Notes: generated by a model from the sequence alone, not told the origin. Counted from the first letter of the stretch, positions 28,935-43,248 are shown. The stretch: 64,000 nt of DNA from Octopus sinensis (GCF_006345805.1 NC_043000.1:120900001-120964000); one strand, 5' to 3'. Made by a program: numbers and translations.

Positions 28935-29031
28935 GGAGCGAGAGAGAAAGAGAGAGAGACAGCTAGATCGATGCATACGTGTATATACATACAAACAGGT
29001 GTATATAAATGCATATATACATATATCATAT

Positions 29032-29078
<47 letters not shown>

Positions 29079-29423
29079 ATATTATATATATATACATACA
29101 CACACACATATATATATATATGTAGAGACATATATACTTTTTGTGTGTGTATGTCTGTATATGTATGTATCTATCTAGCAGTCTATCTCTCTCTCTCTCT
29201 GCTCTCTTTCTCGCTCTCTCTCTCTCTGTTTATCCGTCTCTCTCTATACACACTCTCTCTTCTTCTGTCTCTCTCTCTCTCGCACACACACACACACACA
29301 CACATGGCTGAATAGATGCGTAAATAGGTAGATAAACAGATTCCAGGAGAGAGAGAAGATAGAAAGGTAGATAGATAAGCGATAGAGTGAACAAAACGAG
29401 AGAGTGAGAGAGGGAGAGACAAT

Positions 29424-29461
<38 letters not shown>

Positions 29462-30410
29462 AATGACCAGATGCACAAACGCACGTATCTAGTCCGCTTA
29501 AAATATCGCCAGAGATTGTATCTAAGCAACTAATTATTTTTAGAACTGGAAAGAAATGAAATTCTTTAGGTAAAAATTTCTAAGGAATTTAGACGTCCAT
29601 TTTGTTTTTTTTGCGCAGATTCTTTTTATAAGTATTTTGGTATTGTGTTGGGAATGTTTACACAATGCTGCCGATGTATTAAAAAAAGGCGAGGCTGTAT
29701 TGTTGAATCAATGACAATGAAAAAGACAAAGAGAAAAAAAATAAATAAGTAGATTTGGAAATATATTTATATCTAACTATTGTGTGAATATCTAATATAA
29801 GAATGGATCTCCGTAGACGTATGTAAACATAAAGGCGATGTTTAAATATGTATTTTTTTTTTTACAAAAATGTAATTATTCATTTTACGGGGATTTTTCG
29901 ATACGTACGTTAACTGTTTCGGATATGGAATCAAAGCAAATAATTAAAAGTAGCAGTAATTTTACAGATAGGATGTTTATACTTAAATATTATTGATGGT
30001 TCTTGTTTCATCCACTTTGATGTAGAGAAATATACAATCGATTTTTCAGCTTTTTTTAAATTAAATTGAGGAAATTAGATAGAAATATATTAGCCTAGCC
30101 CTTTATACTATTTGCTACATTTTCGCAAAGTGAAACGTAACATTGCATAAAATATAGTTTCTACTATAGGTACACTACCGCAACGTTTGAAAAATATATA
30201 TCAGTGAATAGAGACTAGGTTTCCAGATAAAGTGTGAGCCGTAACTATTGCCACAGCATTTTGTTTTTTTGTCTTTGGTTGTATGGTTAAGTTTGGCAAC
30301 GCCATAGTATATTCTGGCCATCATTGATTTGTTGTCATCTAGTCTGCCAAGCTCGGCAAAATCATGCAAGCATATTGTTTATACAATTGATCAGGGCAAA
30401 AGTAATACGG

Positions 30411-30930
30411 TGGAGGTGCGTGGCTTAGTGGTTAGGGTGTCAACATCATGATCGTTAGATTGTGGTTTCGATTCCTGGACCGGGCAACGCGTTGTGTTCT
30501 TGAGCAAAACACTTGATTTCACCTTGCTTCATTCCACTCAGCTGGCAAAAATGAGTAACGCTGCGATGGACTGGCGTCCCGTCCAGCTGGGAAATTTCTA
30601 CGCCACTGAAACCGGGAAACCCGGCCCATTAACCTGGATAGGCTTTAAAAGGGTTAGGGCAGCGGACTCGCGGTTTCGATTCCCTGACCGGGCGTTGTGT
30701 GTGTTTATTGAGCGAAAACACCCAAAGCTCCAAGAGGCTCCGGCAGGGTGGTGGCGACACCTGTTGTACTCTTTCGCCCTAACTTTCTCTCACTTTTTCT
30801 TCCTGTTTCTCGGGTAACGATGCGATGGTCTGGCGTCCGGTCCTGCTGGCGGGTGGGGTGGGGGGAAAATACGACACTGACACGAGGAAACCGAGCCCAT
30901 GAGCCTGACTAGGCTTGAAAAAGGCGTATA
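30411..30930 (+). mobile_element. Two tandem tRNA-derived SINEs, family C, with a V-domain-like core
   Basis: A box TGGCTTAGTGG, B box GGTTTCGATTCC in both copies; CTGCGATGGACTGGCGTCCCGTCCAG and GATGCGATGGTCTGGCGTCCGGTCC resemble the V-SINE central domain (recall). Confidence 0.7.
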
Positions 30931-32453
30931 AATTTTTTTTTTTAAATGTAATATGACATACATGAAGCAGAAGAAAACCGTTATCGCAGAATTAGCTTTC
31001 TATATACTTTTGTTGCTACAAACATGATGCGGTTTCAATCCTATTCTGTGCTATCTTGAGAAAAATGTCTTCTATCTTTGTTTCGTTGTCAACGAAAGTT
31101 TTGTATGTGAAAATGCTTAGTCGGAAACTGCACGAAAACCCGTCCGATGGACTTTATCTGTAACTCAACGGTACAACCTTGTCAAAAATGGAACTATATT
31201 GATTCTATTTTAGGCTGCTTTAATGATACACGTTTCAGCGGAATACTCAGCCACTTATAAGCTAATTAAATGAGCAGGTAATTCAGCTGAGAGATTAACT
31301 GCATCTTCATCATCATAACTGACGGATATTCATTCACGTTTTTACATCATCTTTATGCAACTTGATTTCCGTAGATATTTGGTGCATCAGAGCAAGTTAG
31401 AAGATCTGATTATCAGAAACTGCAAAAGTATTTCTGTTTCTCTTGAAAGAAACCTTTTCATTTCACGTTAATTATGTTATCAAGAAATTTTGAATGTCAC
31501 CTAAGCTAATTCACCTTTTATTTTCATAAATTAATGGAATTCTGAAAAAATAATAATTTTATGAAAGTAGAACGTGTCAACATTTCACTGTTTCAGAATA
31601 AGCCAGCTACTCAGCTACCACACCAATATAACCATCAATTTTTAACCATATCTTTCCTTGAATCCTCTTTCTGTTTCTCCCAGGGGTACCTCAGATATAG
31701 AATTTCTGCCTTATGCATTATTCAGTTATGATTATAGATTTGTGTGTAAATTTTGGAATAGCATCAGCGGTGCCATTATTATTCCAGAGTGAATTAATAT
31801 TGTACTATTTAAAACACAAATATCCTTGGGAAGAACATAACGATTCAAAATCCTGTTTCGGAAGCTTGTAAACCGAACATCTTGTGAGTAGGGAGGAAAG
31901 AGATCAATAAATATAATTTCACGAGTAATTAAAAATGATCACATTCTTCTGTGCGAATGTTATATTTAGTTAATTATATGAATAAATTAACATGATTGGA
32001 ATTCCCTGAGTTGATTTGTTCCGATCTTCTGTGCTGTGTATTGAAACTCCAATGAGGTCAAAATAGCCTTTCATCTTTTTGGTATCGATAGCGAAATACT
32101 ATTCAAGGTTCGTATCGTGGCGCATCTATTAGAGTCATTTTTATTTTGCGGAATTTGATCCAGCTCACTGTATGACTTGTGATGAAATTGGTCCCAAAAA
32201 CTGGCCCTAGATGGCGACCGTTATATTGGTTAAAATACTAGTAACTTGAAGAAGAACGCGTTACATGCATTTGTAACTGCTAGTTATCGAAAAAATGAAA
32301 AGACCCCTTGGCTTGACCTGCACATAGATGAGAAAATCGAAGGATAATTTTGAGAAACAGAGGACCTATAGGATATAAATAACCTCACTTATCCCCCCTC
32401 TCTGTCACACACACACACACATACATACATACATACATACATACATACATACA

Positions 32454-33083
32454 CTAGCAGTATCGCCCGGCGTTGCTCGGGTTTGTAAGGGAAATAACTA
32501 TATAAGCATTTTTAGAGAGTTATAGCCAAAAAATAGCAAAAAATGCATTAAAAATGGAAAAAATATGATGGTAAATTTTTTGAAAAATCGTTGACTCATC
32601 GTAGACATTTTTAGAGAGTTACTTCCCTTATATAATAGCGAAAAAATGCATTAAAATGGAAAAAAAACGATGGTAAATTTTTTTTTAAATCGTAGACTCA
32701 TGTAGACGCTTTCTTAGCCATTTCTGTTTTGGTGTCTTCAAGTCATGAAGTCGTTGTTCTAAAAGAACGGTGGTCTCCTTGACAACGCATTACGACGTTG
32801 ATTTCCTTACACTCCCTTCCCCACAGGTGCAGGTGTGAGCGTGGACGCCAACTCCGCCGCCATCGACACACGAAAAATTAAAATGGAATAAAAAATGATG
32901 TTAAATTATCTTTAAAATCGTAGACTCATCGTAGACGCGCGCTAATACTGAAACGGGCTCGATATAAATCACGACTATAAGCTACCCGAATTTGGTTAAA
33001 CTGCACCGCAAAATGTGGGAGTAGTCAGGAATCTAAATCGAAGGGGACAGACACTCTCACAACTACAGTTTTATATATATAGA
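32454..33083 (-). mobile_element. Non-autonomous Helitron
   Basis: Minus strand: A|TCTATATATAT 5' end; 3' hairpin CCCGAGCAACGCCGGG then CGATACTG-CTAG|T; homologous copy at 63523. Confidence 0.8.
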
Positions 33084-33124
33084 TATACATAGCGCAGTAG
33101 TGGTGAGATGTGACAGCAAAGAAA

Positions 33125-33420
33125 AGCATACATTCACTCTCTGCATGCAATTAGACTCGGAAAGTTCGTGAGGAACCCATTGACCCAATTTGCTGACTTT
33201 TCCGATAGCACACAGGTCTCAATGAATGGTTGAATGACCAAATCCAAGCTTCTCTGCTAGTTCCTCAACAGTTACGATGAGATTTTTTCCACCAGGGTTT
33301 TCAGGATGTCCTTGTCGAGTTCTACAGATCTTTCAGGATGAGGCTCGTCTTCTAGGCTGTTCCAATATAGCTTTGAAAAAAATAGCTGTTAAAATCGAAA
33401 TGCACTCTTCAAAACTTGCA
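33125..33420 (-). mobile_element. mariner transposase N-terminal relic
   Basis: TVEELAEKLGFGHSTIH...IGKVSKLGQWVPHELSE contains the mariner WVPHEL motif. Confidence 0.8.
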
Positions 33421-33545
33421 CTATGAATAAGGACAAGATAAAATTACTACCTGCTTTTATAGCAAGTTAATATAAGTAGTTTATCCCATTTCCCCCTGAC
33501 TTTTAGTTCAAGCTGTTGAAAAAACCGCATTATTATATATATACA

Positions 33546-33577
<32 letters not shown>

Positions 33578-33885
33578 CACACACACTCTCTCTCTCACAC
33601 ACATGCACACATTTATATTCTGTTATTCTTTTATATGTTTCAGCCTTGAGGTTGTGGCCATGCTGGATCATGTGTGTGTGTGCGTGTGTCTATCTGTCTG
33701 TCTGTATGTATATATGTATATGTATGTGTGTGAACAATAATATTTTCAACAGATGTGTTGCAAATGTATCTGATTGTTCTCAAGCTTCAATACTGTGTGT
33801 GTGTGTATGTGTGTGTGTATGTATGTATGTATGTATATGTATGTATGTATGTGTGTGTGTATGTATGTGTGTGTGTATGTATGTA

Positions 33886-33920
<35 letters not shown>

Positions 33921-34609
33921 ATGTATGAGTGTATGTTTACTTTATTACTAACACAAGCCACTACAGTTATTTAATGTAAAGTCTTCCTCAAATCACTATC
34001 TCTGGCTATTTACTCTCTTCCAAGAACATTTTCACTCACACTTATGTGTTAGCTTCCCATACATTTTACTCATGTATCTATCAGCGTGATAGAGAGAAAC
34101 AAATATTACATCTAGTTTCACTTTATTCGTTGCCCACTGTGTGTGTGCGTTTGCGTGTGGTGTAAACCAGACTAAGAAAAGCATTTGACACACACACCAG
34201 AATGTGAGTTTTCTGTAAATTTTGCTTAATTGGAGTTTAAATTTTAAAAACTGGACCTGGCATGACGCGATGCATTGTACTCTTAAAAATGCAAGGTAAA
34301 TTGTAATTGAAGAAATCCTATATTGTAGATTTGTGTAACTCCCAAAGGGAGGCAGATAAAATCTGCCTTTTATAATAAGAGATACACACATACATACATA
34401 CATACATACATACATACATACATACATACATACATACATACATACATACATACATACATACATACATACATACATACATACATACATGCACCCATAAGCG
34501 GCTATGTTTGACTTTAAGCAATTTCACTATTTTTCAACAAGTCTTTTCTAAACATTGCAAATAAAGTATTTTATTCATCAAAATATATCTCAACCTGTTT
34601 TACTTTCTG

Positions 34610-35420
34610 TTGTTATCGTTGTGCGAGATGCTCGATTCCATTTTCATGACACTTGTCGGGTTTGGAAGTAAAAACCTCCAACATCCCGTTTTTAAACTCA
34701 ACGATATTGTTGAACCTCTGCCTGGGCAGGAAATGAGCCATGACTCAGAAAATGTTTAAATCTTATAGTGCAAGATGTGGACTGTAGGCATGGTGAGGCA
34801 GCAATTCCAGGCCCTCAAATTCCTCAAACTCCTGAAGTTTAAGATTCGTTACGTTGGCAGTACCTGCTGCGGCATTTTCTTACGAAGGAGTACGCGTCTT
34901 CGATTGACCAATGCTGCGTAGTGGAATTTCAAAGAATCACGGACACGTTATAATTGTGCATAGTGGTTAAGCGTTCACAGGTTGACCATCAGGGAGAAGC
35001 TCAAAGTGCAACAACCGGTCGAAATTCTTCCAAATACAGAACCAGATCTGTCCAAATCTTGTCTGATATGTGGTGAAGTCACATCAGAACGAATCCACTG
35101 ATTTCTCTATCAGAATTAAAGTAATAGATCCACATTTCATTCCACTTACATCTCGAATCCAAAAACGGGCATCTCTAGGATTTGCTAGCAGTTGTTTGCA
35201 AATGTTCGCAAGTTATTGAGCCTGGACATGGGTCAGTTCATAGCGAGTTTCTCGACATCATCTCTTTACAACGCCGAGCTTATGTAGTTGTCGATTGATG
35301 GTACTTTGTCAACGACAAATTTCTGCTGACAATGTACGAGAGTTTGAGGTTTGGCTGATGTTCAGACATTTCAAGCAAAACTTCATCGTCCTTCTCAGAA
35401 GATCTTCTGACCTTGGTTTG
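34610..35420 (-). mobile_element. mariner (DD34D-type) transposase relic
   Basis: PHHAYSPHLAL...MAHFLPRQRFNN resembles HP.YSPDLAP.D..LFRSMAHFL.GRRF; many stops and frameshifts. Confidence 0.65.
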
Positions 35421-35580
35421 TCTTCGACGCTTCTGTCAAATGCATACACGCATTCACACACAAACATGCATACACGTAGTCACACACACACACAAACACA
35501 CGTATGCACGTATGAACTCACGTCCGTACACATGCACGCATGCATGAACACACATATACTCCTCCCCACACGCGTTATTA

Positions 35581-35740
35581 GGTGTTGGAGTGGCTATGTA
35601 GTAAGTAGATTGCTTACGAACCACATGGTTGCGGGTTCAGACCCACTTCGTGGCACTTTGGGCAAGTGTCTTCTACTATAGCCTCGGGCCGACCAAAACC
35701 TTGTGAGTGAATTTGATAGACGGAAACTGAAAGAAGCCCG

Positions 35741-35834
<94 letters not shown>

Positions 35835-36090
35835 TATTTGTGTATGTGTGTGTGCGTACGCATCTGTATATTTGTGTGTCTGTGTTGGTCCCCCAGCATC
35901 ACTTGACAACCGATGCTGGTGTGTTTTACGTCCCCGTAGCATAACGGTTCGGCAAAAGAGACTGGTAGAATAAGTACTAGGCTTACAAAGAATAAGTCCT
36001 GGGGGTCGATTCGCTCGACTAAAGGCGGTTCTCCAGCAAGGCCACAGTCAAATGACTGAAACAAGTAAAATAGTAAAAGAGAGTAAAGAG
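35581..36090 (+). mobile_element. Full-length family B SINE with expanded internal microsatellite
   Basis: Head, core and tail match the 19529 copy. Confidence 0.9.
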
Positions 36091-38444
36091 ACACATAAAA
36101 GTATAACTGTTGCTTTCAAAAGACCATATCTCGTATTTTATACCTTGTGCAAGTAGAATGAATGGCGAAATTTAATGTGAAAAGCAGATATTACATCGGA
36201 TTCCGTTTGGCCCAAATTAAGAAGCGTGTAAGTTTGCACCACGCGTACACACACGCACACATACACACGCATGTATGCATGTGTTTCAGAATGAAAGTGT
36301 GCGTCTCTGTGTTTGTGTGGCGTGTTTGTGTGAGTGTTCCTGTGCGCTCTTGTGTGTTTAATTCAGTTTCCTGGCCGATTAAATATTATTATTTATAGAA
36401 TGCAATAGGGCAGAAAAAAGCTCCTGGCAAACAAACTTATTGATCAAATTTTGATTTCCGTTGAGAGCAAGTTCACAATACTTACATTAATGATTATTTT
36501 TAGAAGTGCATATACACCATATATATATATTTCTTTAAATACGACTCTGAGATCTTGAATAAAATCCCCAAACCTGTTCACCAATACAACCACAAATGAT
36601 AGCTTTGACTTACTACAGTCTATGAACAGCTACGCTGCTGTTTTGGCTAATACATTAGTAACTGAAAACGTGTTTTACCATTTAAATAATGGAGGTCTCT
36701 TACGTCGTATATAGCTTTAGTTACATGATATTTTTTTAACGAGGAGTTGGATATATTGCTATAAGAACGGGTCAGTGTGGTGTTGGTAGTAACATGCAAA
36801 TGGTGGAAATAACAATCTCCCAAATGATATCTTTCCTCCTTGAAGAATGGCATGTGGTAAGACACAAAGACACACCTATAAAAAGGACTGATGTGTTATT
36901 CGTATATCTTTTAGTGTCTCCCTGATTAAAGCGGAATAATTTCATGCAAAGGTGAATCAAATTTCTAACTCAAATTTATATGGGAAAGATAGATCGATCT
37001 AAGTTGCAGATATGTATAAATAAAAGGCTGTGGCAATATATCACGGTGTTTAACTTTGTCAATATAATAAAGCTTGCAGTTACGTGATGCTTACGTATAA
37101 CGCGTTTTATGTTTAGAAAATGGGTTGTATTTATTACTGTTTATGATTATTATGTTTGTTGCATAAATGAAATTATAAAAAATAATTCTAAAGGAGATAC
37201 CAGAAAAGCGGTAAAATGAATTAAAGAGTATATTAAACGTGTACAAAATATTTTCCCCTGAAATTCTTCCTTTAATTAGAAATACGTAAGCAAAATCTTG
37301 CTGCAATTGACGGAGATTCGCTGAGAAAAAGGGAAATAACTCCAAGGAATCTATAGATAATTTCACCAGTAATATTATTGATTAAAAAGGGACAATGTAA
37401 CAGTTGGAGAACAAGCTAAGAAGGGAATTATATAGATAAAGACAGCGAGAAGAGCTTTGAATATTTCTTTTCTACATTCCATCAAGTATGTTATCTTTGC
37501 AATGTTGACTAACAAGATTGAATATCACAACGGAAATTGTGTCATTTTCACTATCAATAGAGTTGTGTTATCAAACTGTATCACTTTACGCAACAGCGTT
37601 GTCTTATTAAGCGGTTTCGTATGTGTTGCTTCTGACGACGATGTAGTTAAAATGGCTGCTGTTTAATAAACGTACAGCTCAATATTGTTATAGTAGCATT
37701 TGATGTGTTGTAACACGGATATGGTTATATTTGTCATAGTTAAATGTTAATTACAAACATTATAGATGCATTAATTTGTAAAATTGATGTTTTCTCCAGA
37801 AGGTTTAATATTCTCTATAATATGTTATATTGTTGTTGTTTTTTTATCTCAAACGTGGTGCCGAAATTCCTGCGAAAATAAATAAACAAATATATCCAAT
37901 ACCAATGAATAAATGTTAAACAAAATATTCTGAACCTAAAAGACAATGCTGAATTAATAATTAAAAAGTAAAATGATGAAAAAAATATCTAAAAAATGAA
38001 ACAAAACAATGAAAACAAACATAAACAAAATTTTATGATGTTGAGGAAGAATGGAAGAAAAATGGAAATCATTTAAGGAATTAATTATATGGCATACATA
38101 ATAAACAATTGTTTGTTATGTATAATTATTGAAAAATTTAAACACGAAGCAAAAATGACGATGAGTAATCCGACATCTTGTTTTTGTTTGTTTGTTTTTG
38201 AGTACGTTTAAAACATTTTTTCTTCCCGTTATGTTAATTCAACATAGAAATTATCAACAATTGCGAATAAAGGTGCTACGCATCAGTTACTGTTTTTCTG
38301 AAAACCTAATGGAAAATTAAATTGGAATTTTCTTCTTTGATGTTGTACCAAAGATTCAAAGAACCTTCGGATCCGTTTTGCGTTTTATCTCTCCTATGTC
38401 TAAAATGTCGTTGAATGCCAACTGTGGAGGCTGGTAGAACAGCT

Positions 38445-38715
38445 AAAGTGTCAAAGAAAATGCATCGCTTTATACTCACTCTGAGTTCAAATCATGATGA
38501 CGTCAACTGTCTGTGTGTTATGTGGACGCCCCCTGGCGATGAAGTAGGCTAGCCCAATACGTATATATAGAGGGAGAAGCCTAGACGTCAGGAGCACAGC
38601 TGGGTAGCAGTCGGAGTACAGAAGAGAAGAAGAGCAGATTTGAGTAGAAGTCATCCGAGTATTGCGATATAACACTGTGATATGCCGGGTCTTATAAATT
38701 TCAGTACATTCTCAA
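38445..38715 (+). mobile_element. Decayed family A SINE interrupted by the solo LTR
   Basis: CTGAGTTCAAATCATGATGACGTCAACTGT before and GGGTCTTATAAATTTCAGTAC after the LTR continue the family A core. Confidence 0.55.
38516..38674. mobile_element. 159-bp solo LTR with 5-bp target-site duplication
   Basis: Starts TGTTAT, ends ATAACA (6-bp inverted termini); CTGTG at 38511-38515 and 38675-38679; TATA-like TATATATAG inside. Confidence 0.85.
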
Positions 38716-38846
38716 GTCCTGAGGCTGATGTTATTGACAGCTTCCTTCTCTCAAATGGCCTTGTGCGTGTGTTACAAGCAATTTTCACACACTGTTAACA
38801 AAGAAGAATATTCTCTTTTGCATGTATTCGGATTTATTTTTCATAT

Positions 38847-39098
38847 TTTACTTGTTGCAGTCATTACACGGGCCATGCTGGAGCACCACCTTGAAGAATG
38901 CTGATCAAAAGAATCGATCCCTGTAATTATTTATCTAAGCCTGCTACTTATTCTATCGGTTTCTTTTTGCAGGAGCAGCTATGATACGGAGATGTAAACA
39001 CACCAACGCCGGTTGCAAAATGGTGGAGGTGAGGAGAAACAAATACAAAGACATACGTGCACGCAAATACACACACACGGACACACTCACACACCACG

Positions 39099-39135
<37 letters not shown>

Positions 39136-39290
39136 GACGGGCTTCTTACAATTTCCATATTCCAAATCTACTCACAAAACTTTGGTCAGTACGAAGCTAC
39201 AAAAGAAGACATTTGCCCAATTTGCCACGCAGTAGGACTGAACCCGAGACCATGTGTTAGGGAAGCAAACGATTTACCACACAGCCGTGT
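38847..39290 (-). mobile_element. Family B SINE
   Basis: Reverse complement of head, core and tail. Confidence 0.85.
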
Positions 39291-39823
39291 CTGTGTTTTA
39301 ACGTTTCTTATAGGTCCTATAACAGTGTCGCTATTTGAACGAATCTGTGCACCCAACATTCTGAAAGAACCCGCACCTATAATAAAACTCATTCGTTTAC
39401 TCCCCCCCCCACACACACACACTCTATAACTACTGAGAGAGCCACAGTTAATCGAAGTTGACAAACGCAAAAGGAATAAGTTCAAATATTTTACGATGAT
39501 TAATGAGGAAATGTCATCGTTATGTCTCCACCAGTTTCATACACGAACTTCTACTAAGCTACCAGGCGCTATATTGTCTGACTGACATGTGTGTGTATGT
39601 GTGTGTGTGTATGTGTGTGTGTGTCTCTGTGTCTGTGTGTGTGTGTGTGCATGCACGTAACATTGATGAGTGTGTTTGCAGTTGTATGTGTTGTTTATCT
39701 GTGATGTTTGTTTTTGCTGTTTCTTGTGTAGCGATTCGTTCCTTTGTTTAGGATATGTGCTATGGAAACTGTGATCAAGAACGTCTGTATATGTATATAT
39801 GTATATATGTATGTATACATATA

Positions 39824-40223
39824 TGGCTGTGTGGTAAGTAGCTTGCTAACCAACCACATGGTTCCGGGTTCAGTCCCACTGCGTGGCATCTTGGGCAAGT
39901 GTCTTCTGCTATAGCCCCGGGCCGACCAATGCCTTGTGAGTGGATTTGGTAGACGGAAACTGAAAGAAGCTTGTCGTATATATGTATATATATATATAAG
40001 TGTGTGTGTATATGTTTGTGTGTCTGAGTTTGTCCCCCTAGCATTGCTTGACAACCGATGCTGGTGCGTTTACGTCCCCGTCACTTAGCGGCTCGGCAAA
40101 AGAGACCGATAGAATAAGTACTGGGCTTACAAAGAATAAGTCCCGGGGTCGATTTGCTCGACTAAAGGCGGTGCTCCAGCATGGCCGCAGTCAAATGACG
40201 TAAATAAGTAAAAGAGTAAAAGA

Positions 40224-40225
<2 letters not shown>
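39824..40225 (+). mobile_element. Family B SINE (young-looking)
   Basis: TGGCTGTGTGGTAAGTAGCTTGC...GGTTCAGTCCCACTGCGTGGC...AAAGAGTAAAAGAGTA. Confidence 0.9.
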
Positions 40226-40290
<65 letters not shown>

Positions 40291-40294
<4 letters not shown>

Positions 40295-40479
40295 AGAGTT
40301 TACGAAAAAAACAAAAGACGAAGACAAGTAGTGTACAAAACAAACAGATATATTAGTATAACGCTCAGGAATAGAAAAAGTCTTTTACTTTTCGAGCCTA
40401 TGCTCTTCTTCAGAAGGGAAAAGAAAACATGGCGAGAAACAAGGAGAGAAAAAATTTCGTTTATATATGTATGTGTGTA

Positions 40480-40519
<40 letters not shown>

Positions 40520-40739
40520 TGTGTGTCAGACTGTAACCGAAAGAGGACTGCTGGCGGCTTTCCCTCCTTCTTCCTGCTTTCCCTTTGGACTTTCCTGTTC
40601 TTCCTCTTCCCGACGAAGAGCTATACTCGAAACGTAAAACAACAACTCTCTTCCTCGGAGACCGAGTGTCATGTTAATACATTGCTTATCCTACGTCTTC
40701 ATCTTTGTTTTTTTCTTTTCTTATTCTCTTTGTTTTTTC

Positions 40740-40740
<1 letters not shown>
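40291..40740. mobile_element. Two head-to-head short modules with hammerhead-like cores (- 40291-40420; + ~40525-40740)
   Basis: CTGAAGAA-GAGC(ATAG)GCTC-GAAAAGTA on minus and CCGACGAA-GAG(CTATA)CTC-GAAACGTA on plus; similar downstream sequence; related relic at 4403-4520. Confidence 0.5.
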
Positions 40741-40820
<80 letters not shown>

Positions 40821-41063
40821 GTATGTACGGATTAAAATTTAGCAGAGGTAACAAAGTGAGCCAGAGACCGAGAGGTTCATACGTTAGCAGTTATCTAAGA
40901 TTAATATTTATCAACATTTCTGCTTGATATTAAAAAAAAATAGATATACAAATATTTTGAGTATGATTTTTCGTTTGCATCACCAAACCTATGTATGTAT
41001 GTATGTATGTATGTATGTATGTATGTATGTATGTATGTATGTATGTATGTATGTATGTGTGTG

Positions 41064-41110
<47 letters not shown>

Positions 41111-43248
41111 GCTTTGTGTCCTATTTGGACTGGTGTAGAATTGCATTGTATTGAAATGGGACGACTGGACACGGCTGTTTGACCGCTGAATATACGGAAC
41201 AGTTGACTGAGTATTGAACGTGTGTTGGCAACAGTATTTTTTGGCGCTGGAGGCAAATAAACATACACACTCGCACGGGCGCAAGCACAGAAATGTGTGC
41301 ATACTGATAAAGTCAGAGACAGGGAGGTATAATACCAATTATCAATTGATAACGACTACCATAAATATATGCCCTCTCCTTGTACACATAAAGAGAATTA
41401 TGCTCACATATATAAGCAGAGAAAGAGGGCAGGAGAGAGGGACAGTGTGAAAGATAGAGAGAGAGAGGGAGAGGGAGAGGGAGAGGGAGAGAGAAAAGAG
41501 AAACGTTAATATAAGAGGTGTACTGAAACATCAGCCGCAATACAGCGACATCAAAATGCCTGAGCGAAAATATCTCATACTCGTACTGTATGTTACAATT
41601 TTTTTCCGGCTCTGTTTAATTTATAATTCATCATACTTAATTGTCTAATTATTATAAGTACTCTTTGTAGTTTAATGCACTATATCTGAGGTTCACACAT
41701 CATGGCTCTTGTATAATAATAATAATTTATCGACAACTTTCCAGACGATATTTTGGTCAAAAAAGATCGTACTAACTCTCAGAAGAGCTGAGATCTTCTC
41801 CTTTGGCTTTTCTGTAATTTTGTCTTCTTGATTTACCTGTGCTAGTCAGGATGCGTCAGATTATCAAAACAAAACAATTGACGTAAATAAGTTTAAGTAA
41901 AGGAGTGGCCGAATCGTTAAAGTTTCAGAGAAAATGCGTTGCTCTGTGTCCACCCCTTCGCATTCTGAGTTCAAATCCACGCCAGCCGAACTTGACCTGT
42001 CGTCATCCTGGGATTAAAAAAAAAAGTACCTGTTAACAAGTGTTAATATAATCGGTCAAATTTCTCCCCTCAAAATTATGGCTATACTTCAATTGTATGA
42101 TTTCAAATCCACCGAATCAAATTTCGATTCGGGCTCGTTGAATTGAAGTATTAAGTAAGTTGTGGGAATAATGATATCGTCTATCGTTTTCGCTTCTATC
42201 TGTTAGCCTTGTGCCGTAATTTGGTACGATTGTTATTATTATCTTTATTATTAAGTGAAAGAGCAGCGCATGCCATCAAAGTGAAACTGGAGTACAAATA
42301 TACGAAGCCCAATATACCCATCATGACTACCCGTCTGATAAGGGTACATGCATGCATCACAACCATATGTGTGTGACACGATGATCTCATATCAAGATAA
42401 ACAGTGCATGACCTTGCAGGTGGGGCCCATTTAGAATTTTCTTCTGGTTGAGCAGCTCATCCCGCTCAAAAGGTCCCTAAATAAGTTTTCGATTAAAAAT
42501 GTTTCCCGAAGAATTCATTCTCGCCACACACGGATATGATGTCCCCCCCCCACTACTTCTGCTCGTGTTCAGAGATGCACGTATCATCAGCCACTAAAGG
42601 ACATGTCCAACTGGTTAAGGTGAAGCAACTGGCAAGTAAATCTGTGGTATTGAGCAGAATATTTACTGTAGCCCATCTTTTATGACAAGACAAAACAAGA
42701 TCAGAAGCCACGAGGGCCAGTGTCTGGTACTGCATCAGGGCATTATTATTATTGATGTTGTTGTTTTTTCATTTAGCATTTGGAATGTCATGAGGCGATC
42801 ACTTCCCCCAAATATCAGGGCAATACGGTTAGTGTAAGTTCTACGTTAGCTGTACAAAGAAATATAGTTGTGGATAAAAATGGTGACCATCGCAGGGAAA
42901 TTTTAGGCGTCGACGAGTATGAATTAGCTAGTCTATTTCGGTGGAATTTCGAGATCGGACTATCATGGAAACTTTCCTTAAGTCTCTTTATTCTTTAAGT
43001 CTCAATGCTTCTCAGGAACCCTACCAGCTCGAGTTAAGCCCTACAAGCACGGAAGCGCTGCGAGACGGGACTTCTAAGATGTGTGTACAGCTAAGAATTC
43101 GTGCAGCGTCCGAGCGTTACTTGTGGAGTTATGTCGGATAGCTGTTATCGTGTGTGAGAAAAATCTAGCCATCAGCCGAATCCATTATGAAGGTCACCCC
43201 CACCAGCTGTCTTTAACAATGTAGAGCAGGTGGTGATTCTCTCTCTAG

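Noticed and set aside
39296-39330. Hairpin followed by GAAACGTTA on the minus strand
   Set aside because: No CUGANGA-like core upstream of the stem.
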